This document shows positions 43,701 through 54,688 of a stretch of DNA of 64,000 nt, in pieces. Below the pieces are notes generated by a model. It made no database searches, was not told where the DNA came from, and was given only the letters and a program-made list of their open reading frames with translations. Source of the DNA: Octopus bimaculoides (lineage: Eukaryota); contig NC_068998.1 of NCBI RefSeq assembly GCF_001194135.2, forward strand, positions 17,900,631-17,964,630, in the 5' to 3' direction. The translations under genes were made by a program, and so were the position numbers. Numbering within the stretch: the stretch's first letter is position 1; the number at the start of each line of letters is the position of its first letter.

Positions 43701-46700
43701 GCAGGTGAAAACTGAAAGAACCTCATCATAGATATATGTGTGTGTGTGTCTGATTGTCTCAATATTATGTGATAGTTGTAAACAGATGTCACCATTATAC
43801 AATCAGTATCATTCATTTTCAACCTTCCATGAAAATGTCTGACCATAGGGGAATATTATTTTGCTTGGAAACAGTTGGCAATAAGAAGAGCATCTTTCTA
43901 TAGAAAATCTTCCTCAACAAATTCCATTTGAACTAATTCAAGCATGGAAAAGTGGTTATTAAAGCAACTGTGATGGTAATAAATATTATTAACTAATTTC
44001 ATCATACTTTCATTATTGAGATACATTATAGTAAAATTTTTTCTTTTTAATTACTGTAAGACAGCAATATTACTTTTTAGTAATTGCCACATAATTACAG
44101 GTCCGTTAAACCATAACTTTTATTTTCCCCTTATGGTACGTTACAAAGAAAAAAAAAAAGAAAACAAAAACATATGAAGGCATTGGAGTTAGTAGTTTGT
44201 TGTAGTCTACATTGGCACTTGGCTTAGTGGTTAGAATATTCAGCTCACAATCCTTAGTTCGATTCCTTGCAGCACATTGTGTCTTTGAGCAAGGTGCTTT
44301 ATTTCACATTGCTCCAGTCCACTCACCTGGCAAAAATGAGTTTTACCTACAACTCAAAAGGCTGGCCTTTTGAATTCCGTGTCATGCTGAATTTCCCTGA
44401 GAACTACATGAAGAGTATGCATGTCTGTGGAGTGCTCTGCCGTTTGCACATTAATTTCATGAGCAGGCTGTTCTGTTGATTGGAGCAATTGGAATGCTCA
44501 TTGTCGTAACTGACAGAGTGCCAGTTACATTGGCTTATAGGATGCTGGGAAATGATGGCAGAATTAGTATATATCTGATGTATTAGATGAAATAGAGACT
44601 AATGTGCTTGTAGGTTTCAGACTTTCTAAAATCAGGTCTGTCTTGCCGAAAGTATTGTGAGTCATATTGCCCTATGAAAGACAGCTGCAGGCCATAGTAT
44701 AATCTGAAAGAAAATAACTGATTATAATTTCATCTTCACAATAATTCTCTTGGGCATTTAGACAATTAAGGGTAATGACTACTAAGAAATTTCTATTTTT
44801 AAATGTAAATTAAAAATAGAGTAGTTGATTCCCTTAGTTTTCTGATAAGTAAATATTATTCCTATATTCATTTAAGTTTCTCATGTGGTGATTCATTGCC
44901 CTGTTTGGTACAAGCCTGGTTGAAACAATGAAAGAATATTCTTGGGTCTTTCTATTTCACTTGTGATACTGTGATTGTTTTTCATCTTAAAAACATAAGT
45001 TATATAAATCTCAGATTGTATTTTGAGATGTCATTTCAATTTGGTTCTGTCATTCTCTTGCAGCCTTGAAGCATTCCCCTTCCAAAAAGAAGACTTCCAT
45101 AGCTGGCCGGCCACGTTTTCCTACAACCAGTGAACTTGCTGCTGATGCTGGACAGACCAGCAAGCAATCCGACAGAAACCAACGCACTATTAGCTTTTCA
45201 GATGAAAGTGGTAAAAAGTCTGGTAAGAGTTTGTATATCACTATTACTAACTACTATTATTTGTATTGTGATGGTGATGACTTCAATTGTTAAAACTCAT
45301 TTTCATGCATAGTTTATATGATTTCTTTCTTCCATATAGTACATGCACTCTGCAGTGTTTGGTTCATGTAAATAGACCACTAACTCTAGTTGTAAATTAA
45401 TACCTTTTTGCAGACATTTTGATGTCATTCTTGATGACTCGGAATTCCACATCTCAGTTTCAGTAGTTGGAGAGTCTTCTGAGATAGTTGACTGCAAGAT
45501 TAGCATCATATCCAGAGGGTGGATTTCTTTTTCAGCCATGTTACCATACAAAGCATTGAGCAAATCATCAATTACACAAATCCTTGTTTTTGTGTTGTGG
45601 TGTATGTATGGCCCAACCCTTTTGTTACCATATTTTCTTTGAAATACACAGTCTTTATTTTAAGTAATTTTGAAAATAATAAAGAATTTATTACAATAAC
45701 TTTGTTGTTATGAAGCTGGTGTTTGGAACATAAATTTGCATGAAATTCTGATGGAAGGTTTTAATTTAGATCATTTTAAAACAGGGAGTTTGTATCATAG
45801 AACCGGGCAGGTTGGTAAGGGTTAAAAATGACTCAGTAATGTTTGCTATCAATTCCTCTTCTGTTGCTACTGATTTTGTTTACTACTCAAGTCAGCTCTG
45901 ATTGAGTTGACATTGGATTTAAGTTATTCCAGATCTGATCATCTAATCCATTTTTTCATCAGACATAGTGTATCTAAAACTACATTCTCCAATGAGTTAA
46001 TAAGTTCTTCCCTGATCTTTTTAAAGATATGGCGTTATTTAAAGGAGATTTGACTATTATTTCTAGCAGATCAAGTCACTACATAGACACTTGTCTGTTG
46101 GCTGATATGTTGGCATTATTTCAGCTCTTTGCATTCGGTTAGTAATACATGTGATGATTCTGGTGCCTAGTTGTGTCAACCTAGGTTGATGGCCTTTCCC
46201 TTAAATAAAGATAAGTGACATAGAAAGACTTGCATGCATGGGTAACTGCTAGTCTTCCTCAAAAATCTTGTCCAGGCCTATATGTTCCTGAGCAGATGCA
46301 TGGTCAATGTTGACTGATGGAGGCCTTGTACATAGTGATGCTAACAGGATATGAATCATTAACCTTATTGTGATGGCTTACTGTGTTGTATTCATTCAGC
46401 TTTCCACAATTTCCAGCATAGGCATAACAATGTCGTAATAGTTGCACTTACAATATGCAAGTATGTACATTCACATCCTGTTTATGTTAATTGGAAATAT
46501 AAGGGTAGGGTTGTAACATTAATGAAGTCTCACACTAGTTGTCATCATCATCTTATGCTAGCATGGGTTGGATGGTTTGCCAGGAGCCAATGATCTAAAG
46601 GACTGCCCCAAACTCCAATGTCTGCTTTGGCATAATTTCTATGGCACCAACCTAACACCAACCACTTCACTGAGTGTACTGGATGCTTTCTATGTGACAC

Positions 46701-48191
46701 CGGCTCAAGTAAGGTCCCCCCAGAAACTCACAAGACAAGACCTCTCAACTTAGTGGGTGTAGTATTGAGGGAGGTAGCTTTATGCCAGGTGACAAGAGGT
46801 TAAACTGTGATAGAGGGACAGAAACAGATGCTGTAGAGGAAATACATGGCTACGCTAGTTGGAAATGGAAAGAAGATAGTGCAGAGGTGTCAGAGCATAT
46901 CCTCAAGTTACAGGAAAGTGAATATTAGAGAAATGGTCCAGAGGATTGGATAGGGTGAATGGGTACATAAGATAAGAGCATGAAAGGAGAGTGGCTGATG
47001 GATAGAAATGGAAATAGAAGTGTACCTGTTACTCCATAAACAAGAGGAGAATTTTGTTTGAATTAATTAATAGCAATATCATGCCAGTTTCTTTTAGCAA
47101 GGGTGACATATTAACTCCATACGATTGCTTTGATACAGGCTGGTATTCTTATTTTATCAGCTTAACAGGATTCTTATTGGGCTAATGTTATAAACATAAG
47201 ATCTTACTATTCAGTCACTTACTCAGCAATAATGTTGTTTAGTCCCAAGTCAATATCGATTGAATAGAATTATGATTAAAAGCTCTCCAGCTGTAACCAT
47301 CCCTTCTGTTGAAGTTTATATAGGTATGACTACAATATCTAATCTTTACTTTCCTTATTTAAGACAGCAGGGTGAGATTTTGAGTCAGATTCAATTGCTA
47401 TTTTTAGCAAGATGAGTGACTATGTAAAGGCTACCACCTCTGGCTTGTTGTTTTAAAATGCATTCATTCCTTCAATATTTTCTTCTTCATTATTGAACTT
47501 AATTTTTTTTTTTTCCTGCTGTTCACTAGCTTTGGGAGGCAGACCAGATATTGTACCTGAAAACCATGCCAGCTTATATGGTGAAAGGGATTCTTATCAT
47601 AGTGGAGAGTATACATATAACAAAGACGGCCAGAGGAAAATGAGATCTCTTGACTCTGGAAGATCTGGACTTACTGAACATGGGAAAAGGTGATTACTCT
47701 TTTCTTTTTAATTTTCTCCTTAATTGTTGTAAATTGAAGTGGCAAATGTTGGTGAATCCTGTAAATTTGTGTTTTTATTCTTTTGTGGAATTTGTTTGCA
47801 ATGTGAGATCAGACTGCAATTAATTTCGTGTTTGCTACTTCAGTAATTATTGTTGTATATACGTTGGATATGTCTGTTCATTTATTTGTTATTGATATAT
47901 TTTTAGTTAAGTGTGTTCTGATGTGTTCTTTCTCTCTTTTCCACTCTCTTCATCTTTCTTTTGCATACACAACTACACAGAAATATAAATTTATAGACTG
48001 TCCTGTAGTGTCAGTTCTACTTTGGGAAGTTAAATTAATCTATATACTGCTGCACATTTATTTATCTGTCATATTCCATGTTAGTGGTATTCAAGATTAT
48101 AAATACCCTAGTTTTGTCAGCATTGGTAGTTGGGGATCTATGTACTTTAGGCGCAAGGCCATTATCATTATTATTATCATCATCATCATCA

Positions 48192-48223
<32 letters not shown>

Positions 48224-48518
48224 TGTGTGATGATGTGAGAGAGAAAATAACATTTGATTAGATTATTACCAGTATATATTTTATTGACTTAGAAAGGATA
48301 AAATGTAAAGATGATCTTAGTGGATTTGTTAGCAACCTTCAAGTGTTGTGGAAAACAACCAATGAAAGAGAAGGTTTTTAGTATGAAGATTTTTGTTTTC
48401 TTTTTGTTGCATATTGTATGTGCTTCAGAAATCTTTCTAATTTCACCAAATTTAGGTTATTGTTGTTTTATAGCAGGTTTACTCTGATTGAGCAGACCTC
48501 TGATCAAAAGCAGTCCAG
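3061..48518 (+). CDS. PIP5K1: Type I PI4P 5-kinase (PIP5K1-like), multi-exon, 5'-partial, 3' end unresolved
   Basis: Exons 3061-3191, 10735-10852, 12666-12818, 13760-13819, 14143-14382, 18175-18267, 18730-18811, 24336-24450, 28110-28242, 30251-30338, 45064-45222, 47530-47689, 48477-48518 join in consistent phase with no stop. Translation has hallmark PIP5K motifs: AIQLGI, FKTYAP.AFRYFR, GASGS.F, IIKTV, MNNL, KYDLKGS, KDLDF, IMDYSLL, GIPA, IDILQSY, KKLEH, SV..P..Y..RF. Confidence 0.95.
3362..4118 (-). mobile_element. Internally deleted mariner element with paired TIRs
   Basis: 19-bp inverted repeat GAAAAGTTCATAGGCTGAC at 3368-3386 and its complement at 4086-4104, with TA at 4117-4118. Minus strand gives decayed transposase C-terminus ([35 protein letters not shown]). 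Confidence 0.85.
7875..9200 (-). mobile_element. Highly decayed pogo/Tigger-like DNA transposon
   Basis: Begins TA-CAGTAATTCCTTGGCTATC...GAAAATCCGCGAAGTAG, a Tigger-like terminus. Minus strand has only fragmentary DDE_1-like residues. Boundaries approximate. Confidence 0.45.
10735..10852 (+). CDS. PIP5K1: PIP5K1 exon: [39 protein letters not shown]
   Basis: cttttctttcag acceptor, ATG|gtaact donor. 118 nt, phase 2 to 0. Confidence 0.97.
11105..11500 (+). mobile_element. tRNA-derived SINE, family A (representative copy)
   Basis: Head TGTGGTTAA..GGTTCA(G/T)TC..GGCACCTTGGGCAAGTGTCTTCTACTATA, with internal (TG)n. Other copies approx: 7557-7695(-), 9335-9490(+), 25195-25330(-), 26887-27030(-), 27165-27500(+), 43405-43525(+), 43575-43985(+), 59265-59430(+), 60100-60560(+), 63475-63830(-). 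Confidence 0.85.
12666..12818 (+). CDS. PIP5K1: PIP5K1 exon: [51 protein letters not shown]
   Basis: ttctttgtag acceptor, CTG|gtttgt donor. 153 nt. G-loop GASGS and catalytic IIKTV. Confidence 0.97.
13760..13819 (+). CDS. PIP5K1: PIP5K1 exon: [20 protein letters not shown]
   Basis: tatttcag acceptor, CAA|gtgagt donor. 60 nt. Not in the ORF track because it is short. Confidence 0.96.
14143..14382 (+). CDS. PIP5K1: PIP5K1 exon: [16 protein letters not shown]...[14 protein letters not shown]...KDLDFL...IQRDCR
   Basis: ctctcttcag acceptor, CGG|gttagt donor. 240 nt. MNNL, DLKGS and KDLDF motifs. Confidence 0.97.
14607..14823. mobile_element. piggyBac-like MITE (TTAA-flanked)
   Basis: TTAA|CCCTTT...AAAGGG|TTAA. 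A related copy in opposite orientation lies at about 45617-45821. Confidence 0.7.
15139..16370. repeat. 42-bp minisatellite GTGAGGCCCAATGCTCAAAAGGAGCTCAGCCACTTTGCCACC
   Basis: Near-identical units at 15139, 15181, 15223, 15265 and at 16225, 16267, 16309, 16351, on either side of a 900-N gap. Confidence 0.95.
16590..16930 (-). mobile_element. RTE-clade LINE 3' fragment
   Basis: Minus strand reads [20 protein letters not shown]...[29 protein letters not shown], typical of the RTE ORF C-terminus. Confidence 0.85.
18175..18267 (+). CDS. PIP5K1: PIP5K1 exon: [31 protein letters not shown] (probable GC donor)
   Basis: tttctttacag acceptor and IMDYSLL catalytic motif. The 3' boundary is inferred at AAG|gcaagc (GC-AG), the phase-0 donor that fits the next exon. 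Confidence 0.85.
18730..18811 (+). CDS. PIP5K1: PIP5K1 kinase-insert exon: [27 protein letters not shown]
   Basis: tttgttgtactcag acceptor, AAAG|gtaaat donor. 82 nt, phase 0 to 1, which is needed to bring the 24336 exon into frame. Confidence 0.8.
18890..20290 (-). mobile_element. Old, fragmented RTE-like LINE
   Basis: catcatc-type tail and scattered RTE-like peptides on the minus strand. Heavily decayed, boundaries approximate. Confidence 0.4.
21075..21432 (+). mobile_element. Helentron-associated (HINE/DINE-like) non-autonomous element
   Basis: 5' AAGAGC...ACCTCCGCC subterminal motif (21096-21104) and 3' hairpin ACCTCCACCTT-cgtt-AAGGCAGAGGT (21401-21426). Family assignment is from recalled architecture only. 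Confidence 0.55.
22367..23580 (-). pseudogene. Decayed coding-like remnant of unknown origin (probably transposon-derived)
   Basis: About 109 minus-strand codons with one TGA ([47 protein letters not shown]...[19 protein letters not shown]...). Further broken peptide-like stretches upstream. Confidence 0.45.
24336..24450 (+). CDS. PIP5K1: PIP5K1 exon: [38 protein letters not shown]
   Basis: gttatttacag acceptor, CA|gtaagt donor. Contains the conserved YSTAME.IQ insert motif. Confidence 0.93.
24560..25175 (-). mobile_element. tRNA-derived SINE, family C
   Basis: Minus-strand head TGGCTCAGTGGTTAGAG..GATTCCC..TTGAGCAAGGCACTTTATTTCACATTGCTCCAGT. The same head occurs on + at about 44212-44340, with a different body. 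Confidence 0.7.
25690..25844. repeat. Compound (TATG)n/(TA)n/(TG)n microsatellite
   Basis: Seen directly. Many similar simple repeats elsewhere, e.g. 421-480, 641-740, 6068-6107, 31170-31234, 40430, 40675, 48170, 49450, 53580-53740, 55600-55900, 56500-56580, 59000-59210. Confidence 0.95.
25845..26869. mobile_element. ~1 kb TG..CA element inserted in (TA)n, containing an LTR-end/PBS junction
   Basis: Perfect 10-bp terminal inverted repeat TGTAGTGAAA / TTTCACTACA with TATA on both sides, and visibly CpG-richer than its flanks. Internal TGTAA (26399)...TTACA (26747) is followed by TGGTGACCCCGAC (26751-26763). Confidence 0.75.
27865..28025 (-). mobile_element. RTE/SINE 3'-tail repeat (CATCATCATCGTTTAACGTCCGCTTTCCATGCTAGCATGGG...)
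   Basis: Related copies approx at 11700-11950(+), 14880-15020(-), 46545-46900(-), 55380-55600(+). Confidence 0.7.
28110..28242 (+). CDS. PIP5K1: PIP5K1 exon: [45 protein letters not shown]
   Basis: gcattgcag acceptor, GGG|gtgagt donor. GGIPARN, IDILQSY and the activation-loop KKLEH. Confidence 0.97.
28660..29782 (-). mobile_element. Decayed mariner transposase
   Basis: ORF 28770-29375 has [21 protein letters not shown] and [21 protein letters not shown] mariner motifs. Central part deleted; 5' terminus abuts a LINE fragment. Confidence 0.92.
29785..30130 (-). mobile_element. RTE-like reverse transcriptase fragment
   Basis: Minus strand gives [10 protein letters not shown]...EWLVRAVQ..Y...LLFII.L...YADDLVL, with frameshifts and stops. 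Confidence 0.85.
30251..30338 (+). CDS. PIP5K1: PIP5K1 exon: [29 protein letters not shown]
   Basis: ttctttttag acceptor, C|gtaagt donor (phase 1). End of the kinase domain. Confidence 0.97.
37875..38085 (+). mobile_element. SINE family B (representative copy)
   Basis: GAGCTGGCAGAAT..GTTCAAATT..GGTCGACTTTGCCTTTCATCCTTT..GATAAAATAAGTACCAG. Other copies approx: 10385-10610(-), 20725-20940(+), 40205-40425(+), 40460-40675(+), 43070-43260(+), 49235-49445(-), 62420-62620(+), 62860-63075(+). Confidence 0.85.
38539..39208. repeat. ~670-bp palindrome (arms ~325 bp, 16-nt loop)
   Basis: 38539-38865 is the diverged reverse complement of 38882-39208; the loop is gttaactgtttattat. Confidence 0.95.
41024..41218. 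mobile_element. piggyBac-like MITE (TTAA-flanked), second family
   Basis: TTAA|CCCTTT...AAAAGG|TTAA. Confidence 0.55.
45064..45222 (+). CDS. PIP5K1: PIP5K1 tail exon: [19 protein letters not shown]...[10 protein letters not shown]
   Basis: cattctcttgcag acceptor, phase 1. PLKHSPSKK resembles the PLKPSPSKK-type segment after the vertebrate PIP5K1 kinase domain. Donors after 45210 (gtaaaa) and 45222 (gtaaga). Confidence 0.9.
47530..47689 (+). CDS. PIP5K1: PIP5K1 tail exon: [19 protein letters not shown]...GLTEHGK
   Basis: poly-T..gttcactag acceptor, AG|gtgatt donor, phase 1 to 2. GRPDIVP resembles the GRPDVLP/GRPDLLP tail motif of PIP5K1 proteins. Confidence 0.88.
48477..48518 (+). CDS. PIP5K1: Probable PIP5K1 tail exon: [14 protein letters not shown]
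   Basis: ttgttttatagcag NAGNAG acceptor, CAG|gtatga donor. 42 nt, phase 2 to 2, open in the expected frame. Confidence 0.7.
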
Positions 48519-49447
48519 GTATGAATATCTTGTTTTTTTAGAGATGTGTAGGACATCTAGGACTACATTATGTAGTGTATCTTATAAAGGTAGTAGGATG
48601 TGATGTAAGAGAAATTTAGCTGCTATTTTCTACTGGGTTAAGCAATAACATAGGGTTTCTATTGTTGGTTTGCTAAATTTAGGTTAAAATACAAGCTGTC
48701 AGTTTGTTTTTTTTTATTGATAAATTGCCCCGTTGCTTCTTTCTAGTTTATCTACCTATACTAAATAAATTACCAACTTTCTTAAACCTAAGTGAATTGC
48801 AATTTAATGAGTATAAGTAGCTTGCTGTTCTATTTTTAGTATTTTCCCATTTTGAATCACTGCACAATTGCATAAGTTTTGTGATTTATAAATCATGTTA
48901 TTGACAGAAATGTGCAACTACATAGAAAAACCTATTTCATACATTTAAAAAAAAAAAAACGAAAAATTTAAATTTAAAAATAAAAAATTCTTTTTTTTTT
49001 TTTTTTAATGCCTGCTTCAGTTTTAGTTGCATGTATAATTTTGTATTGTTTATTTTTGTGAAAAGTTCCACTTCCTGTATGACTCATTTTCTTGGATTGA
49101 TGTAAGTGTTTTTCTCACAAACTTGCTTTGAAACTCTTGCAGTCTACACTACAATTAAGTGCTTGTATTTCTCTCCTGTTTTCCCACGGCACAAGTAAAT
49201 GCAAAGATCCAGTTCAGTGGCATGATAGTGTTAATAATAATAATTCTTTCTACTGAAATTTTAAGTGGTGGTGGGGGGACTAGTTGATTACATCAACCTC
49301 AGTACTCGACTGGTACTTATTTGACCAACCCCGAAAAGATGAAAGGCAAAGTGGACCTTGGTGGAATTTGAACTCAGAACGTAAAGACAGATGAAATATC
49401 ACTAAACATTTTGTCTGGCATGTTAATGATTCTGCCAGCTCACTGCT

Positions 49448-49495
<48 letters not shown>

Positions 49496-49909
49496 GTAAT
49501 GATGATCTAAGTTCATAAGTGGGTGGCAAATATTAAGAGGTCAGGCAGCATAGTGGGGCACTTAATGTTCCAAGGGGTCATGATTTTTCTTAGAAATAAG
49601 ATATTTAAACCAAGTAGAACACTTTTATTTTTAAACATATATTCAAAAATGTCTGAATTAGCTTATCAGTAGGACATTATGTTATCTGTGAGTGGAAACG
49701 TGACTGATGAGGCACCAAGGTCCAATATAATTTCATGATATAAGTCCTTGTTTCCTTTAGTAATTTTTATAAAAAATTAATACTCTGGTCCTCATAGATG
49801 TCTAAAAAGAGGCAAATGCTTGATGGCATAGTGTAATAAGATATGGATAATAAATTATTGGGCAAAATTAGCCTCTGTTTAATTAAAATAATCTTGGTTT
49901 TTTCCTTAA

Positions 49910-49953
<44 letters not shown>

Positions 49954-51292
49954 TTTTATTTTTGCAAACATGGAGGGGACATTTGTGAAACAGCATTTGG
50001 TGAATGGGGCTACAAAAGATTAAGAATCACTGGTGTAAATAGCTATTGCTTCCTTACCATATCAAGGAACTGGCTGAGATATTCTGCGACCAATTTGCAT
50101 CCCCAGTTAGTTGTGGTTATCAAGAGTTAATTAAACATTTAAGGATCTATAAAGTTTAAATATAATATTTGGGACATTTTGGGCTCAGAGGAATGTTTAC
50201 TATTTTGTTAGCTTTCTAGGTATTATCATCCTGTCTATAAGACCAACTTTTTGAGAATTCAAGTTTTGTAACATGTAGCCCAGAGAGCTAAGATAGTTAC
50301 TTAACTGTCATATGCTCAGATCCGTATGCATTTATGTTTGTGTACATGGATAGTGTCCACTAATTTCTTATTGAATAAGCATTTTTTTAGTTAAATATAT
50401 AATTGTATATTTTCTAATTGTCTATGTTGCCAAATTATAATAGCCAAGAGACACCACAAGTTATAATTCCAATATCCTATATAATTTTGAGAATTATATA
50501 TTAGGTTGTCTGGAAAGTTCTGAGTGTTTTTTAACATGCATAAAGGGATATACTTCATGAACCATACGTTTAAAAACTTCCAACTCATCTTCAAGTTCTC
50601 TAGCAGTGATATCTACTGCCCATATATGAATTCTGAACTTTGTTGAAGAAGTTTTTCACGGGATACGGTTCTAGGAAGTAGTTATAAAAACCCTGATTTT
50701 CGGCAAACTCTCCAGTGATCGTTGGACGGCCACTCAAATCCACGACACTCACTCAAGTGATTGTTGGGTTGCTACTAAAATCCACGACACTCACCCCCTT
50801 GAGTATCGGCTAATATTTATGCCATGTTCAATAATATATATAAAGGATTTCTGGAAAATGAACCAAGCATGAAACTGAATTAAAACAAATAAAATAGTTA
50901 AATGTTATCTGCCAGATATTTTGTCTGCTGTTTAAAATACACTTAAATATCACAATGAATATACTTGTAAATATTGTACATCATCTAATTTACAAGTTAT
51001 TTGTATTGCTCACACTTCATTGTTGAATAGTTTAAACAAACAAACAAACAAAGAGTTCCAATCTGTAAAATAGTACTTCCCACAATTTATATAAGTAAAT
51101 TTGCAGCACTATTTAGCCTGTGCCAATATGTTGAATAGTGTTGAAGCCAGTAATGGATTTTTATGTTCATTAATATTGTTGTATAATAGTGTAACAAACA
51201 TATTGATGGATCTAATTCATATGAATTTAGAACATGTTTTGACTTGCTAGTTATATCAATATACCAAACCAAATGAAAAATAATCAAATGCA

Positions 51293-51331
<39 letters not shown>

Positions 51332-52489
51332 TCAGTCATTAGACTGCACACACATACACAAATATTTATGTGTGTTCGTTGACTTCAGAATATTATGCTT
51401 CTACGTTGTTTGCACTCTGAAAACATAGATCAAGAACTTTCATTGATCCACTAAGAGTAATCAAGACATTGGTTTTATCTTAGGCAGTAATAGTATTTCA
51501 CTCATTCTCAGTCATGAATGGCAAGATTTGAATCCATTACTGCTTATAATAGTGAGCTGTGCCTCTTAATGTTCATACTGTATCTCAGGTAAAAACATGC
51601 TGTAACAGAGACAAGATAGAATCTGTTGACTCCTCAGCCAGTTCAGTTGACCTACTAGCAATTATCATGAATTTGTCTCTGTTTCTAGTGTAATATTTAA
51701 CACAGTTGGGTATACTATATTCATAATAAATGTAAGAGGACATTGTCTCCTATTGTTAATTTTTTATTTTCATTTAACCTTTGATTTCTCTATCATGAAT
51801 AAACAATAAAAATGCTTTTATATATCTGCTAAAAATATTTTTATATATTTGCTAAAAAAAGTCGCTATCTCAGTGTGTCTCTTTTGAAAAAGGTCTAAGC
51901 TTTTATGACTCAGCCAGTATTGCAATCAGCTCTATACTTCATCAACCAATTGCCACTAATTACAATAAAGCATAACCATGTGATCAATGAAATATGATTT
52001 GGAAGTCTTTCAGCGAAAGAAATACTTCATCTTTGTGACTCATCCGAAATCTGAAAATAAGACCTTAGGTGTTTAAATATAGTTTGCATTACAGTAGAAT
52101 CACATCAAAAAGTTAACAGCACTTTAAATAGTTGCATTGTTTTAACTAACCTTTCACTTTTAATTAGTCAAGCCAAATAGGGAGTATTTACTGCATCATT
52201 CATCCTATTAGAAATTTGAAAATGATTTTTGGGGACTAAGAAGTTTCAAAGAACTTCTTTGTAAATCAATATCCTTGAAAATACAAGAAGGGTTAAAAAC
52301 AATCCTTTATAGTTTTGATTATGGGGATTTTACACCAGCACCCCACCTAGTTTCAGTATATGCGAGCACAAGCACAATATTGTGGATAGCTTGTAAGAAT
52401 CGATATTTGTAAACTAAATCACATTATTGTATTCATACAAACCTGAGGCATACATTCTTCATGCCTACATGTGCACAACATTTTTAGAT

Positions 52490-53120
52490 ATATACAGAGT
52501 GTACAAGGTATTTGGGAACAAAATCATATACAAGGAAAAACAAAACATCATACTGACCACTACCTTCCTTCTCCTGCATAGTCCTAGGAAAGAAGAATGA
52601 ATGGCAGACACAGGCTATTCAACTTAAGATCACCACGTATGCCATCCACTATACCCATGATGGTAAGACTCCTACCTTGGATGATACCATAGACACAGTC
52701 CCGAGGGGTGGAGGGGTCAGATCTAGAGAACTAGAAGTTATGTAATGTTGGTTCACATAGTCCTCTCAGGACTTGCCAAACATAAACTGCCTTCTCAGCA
52801 TCATGTAATATTTTTGTCTGATGTTCTTGTACACCATAGGTTGTTCATGATGTATTGGACCTTTTGGACAAACCTGGCTGTCTTGACGATATCTGACTGC
52901 TGAGAATTCTTCTTTCTGAAAATGCAACCACAGATGATACATCCCTGCTAGGGATCTTCAACTTTTCCCCTGACCCTAGACATGAACGATCTGGCTACAT
53001 TCAAGGAGTTAGTAATCTCCAAGTTGCCATGGTTGGAAGCTAGAATCATGAGCCTTTTCATTTTCCGTGTCAGAATGGAATTTACCTTATTGATATTGAT
53101 GCTGTTGATATATCTGAAAG
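52490..53120 (-). mobile_element. Decayed Tc1/mariner-superfamily remnant
   Basis: TA-TACAGAGTGT terminus. Minus strand has SLDLTP..DCVYGIIQ, resembling SPDLNPLDY.VWG. Confidence 0.4.
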
Positions 53121-53579
53121 AGAAATGAGAAAGTTAGAATTTGGCATATACTGCATGACATTACATTACATCATCTTCCATTTATGGCTTACAAGAAATT
53201 TGTTCTCAAATACTGAGTACAACCTGTACACATTCCATCATGTATGAAATTTATCCCAAGAGTAGGCAATAGAGGTGTCTCAAATTCTAAAACTTATGTG
53301 TGTGCGTGCATTCATACACACACATCAAGCTGCTATGACTTGTTGCTTATGACATTCTTTTACTCTGTGTGTGTGTGTGAAATACCCCTTGCACCTACAT
53401 CCACCCAGTTTGGCTATCATTATACATATCTGAATAAGAAAACGTGAGAAAAACTTGTATTGCTTGCTTGTAAATGTTGCATGTTGTTAAATGTAAAGTT
53501 TTTTTTTGTTTTTGATAATTTTTCTACTTAGCTTGTATCATGTATTAAGACATAATGAGAAAAAAAACACGAGTGTGTA

Positions 53580-53637
<58 letters not shown>

Positions 53638-53804
53638 TGTGTGTATGTGTGTGTATCTATATATATATAAATATTTTATATTCATAAATGTGTATATATA
53701 TTTATATATATATGTATGTATATATACACACACACACACACACAAACATATAATAATGTCCTTTTTTTTTCCGACTAATGTTACCACTCTTCCACTTTTT
53801 TTAG

Positions 53805-53862
53805 GTACCTACAAAAGCACTATGAGTTGCAAAAGCTCATTCCGGTAAAATTATATACCTAA
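53805..53862 (+). CDS. Candidate PIP5K1 downstream exon: RYLQKHYELQKLIP(|VKLYT*)
   Basis: Strong acceptor ccactttttttag. Open in phase 2. Either spliced at CCG|gtaaaa (53844) or terminal at TAA 53860-53862. No homology support. Confidence 0.4.
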
Positions 53863-54688
53863 CCCATTGATAGTAAAATACAACACGAAACAGAAAATAA
53901 AATGTACAAAAAAAAAAAAGAACAGACCTTTTTTTTTTATTTAAAAAAAATAAATTAAAGATTAATACATGTAAACAACAGTAGCTTGTTTCACTCCATC
54001 AGAGTAATACAGCTTTAACACCCTTACGTGAAATCAGAGAAGCTTTATATTTAATGTTTGTGATATGTACTGATGAAGACTTCATAACTCGTTACTGTGG
54101 TGTTTTGATTTTGAGGCTGTGCTTTATTCCTTTGCCTGCATCTCAATCTTCTCATCATGGCTGCAGTTGTTCCTTTTGTTGTTTTTTTATTCTCCAATTC
54201 CCTCCTAAATGCCTTTTTTTTTTATTTTTCAATTTTTTAAAAAACTTTTTCTTCCCTCCACATGAAATGAAAATGCATTTTCTTAGTTAAGAATCGAACT
54301 CTATTTTTTGCCCATTTTTTTTCCTTTTTTCATATGAATAAAACAGTTTTGTAAATGCCTAATTACTTTTTGTTTGTTTTTTTGTTCTATTATTATTATT
54401 ATTATTATTATTATTAGTTATATTTTGTTAAATACATGTTCTTGGGTTTTATTTATTAAACTTTCTTTGTCTGTGTAAAATTATATTAAATATATTGTCA
54501 TTGTTGGATGTATGTGTGATTGTGTGCATGTGCACTCCTGTTTGAAAAAAAATGTGTGTGCATCTTTAATCTGAATGTGAAGAGTCTAATAATGTAATTT
54601 AAGCTGAAGAGAGAGAGACACGTTTGACCAAGAGTCTCAGCACTCATTGGGGTCTCTGTATGACACAATGTTTTCCTTTTACTTGTAG

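Noticed and set aside
44212-44290. tRNA-like A/B boxes in SINE heads as real tRNA genes
   Set aside because: No complete cloverleaf is visible, and they continue into multicopy SINE bodies.
49143-49158. SLHYN* as a homologue of the PIP5K1C WVYSPLHY talin/AP-2 motif
   Set aside because: Only LHY matches and the WVYSP part is absent; likely coincidence.
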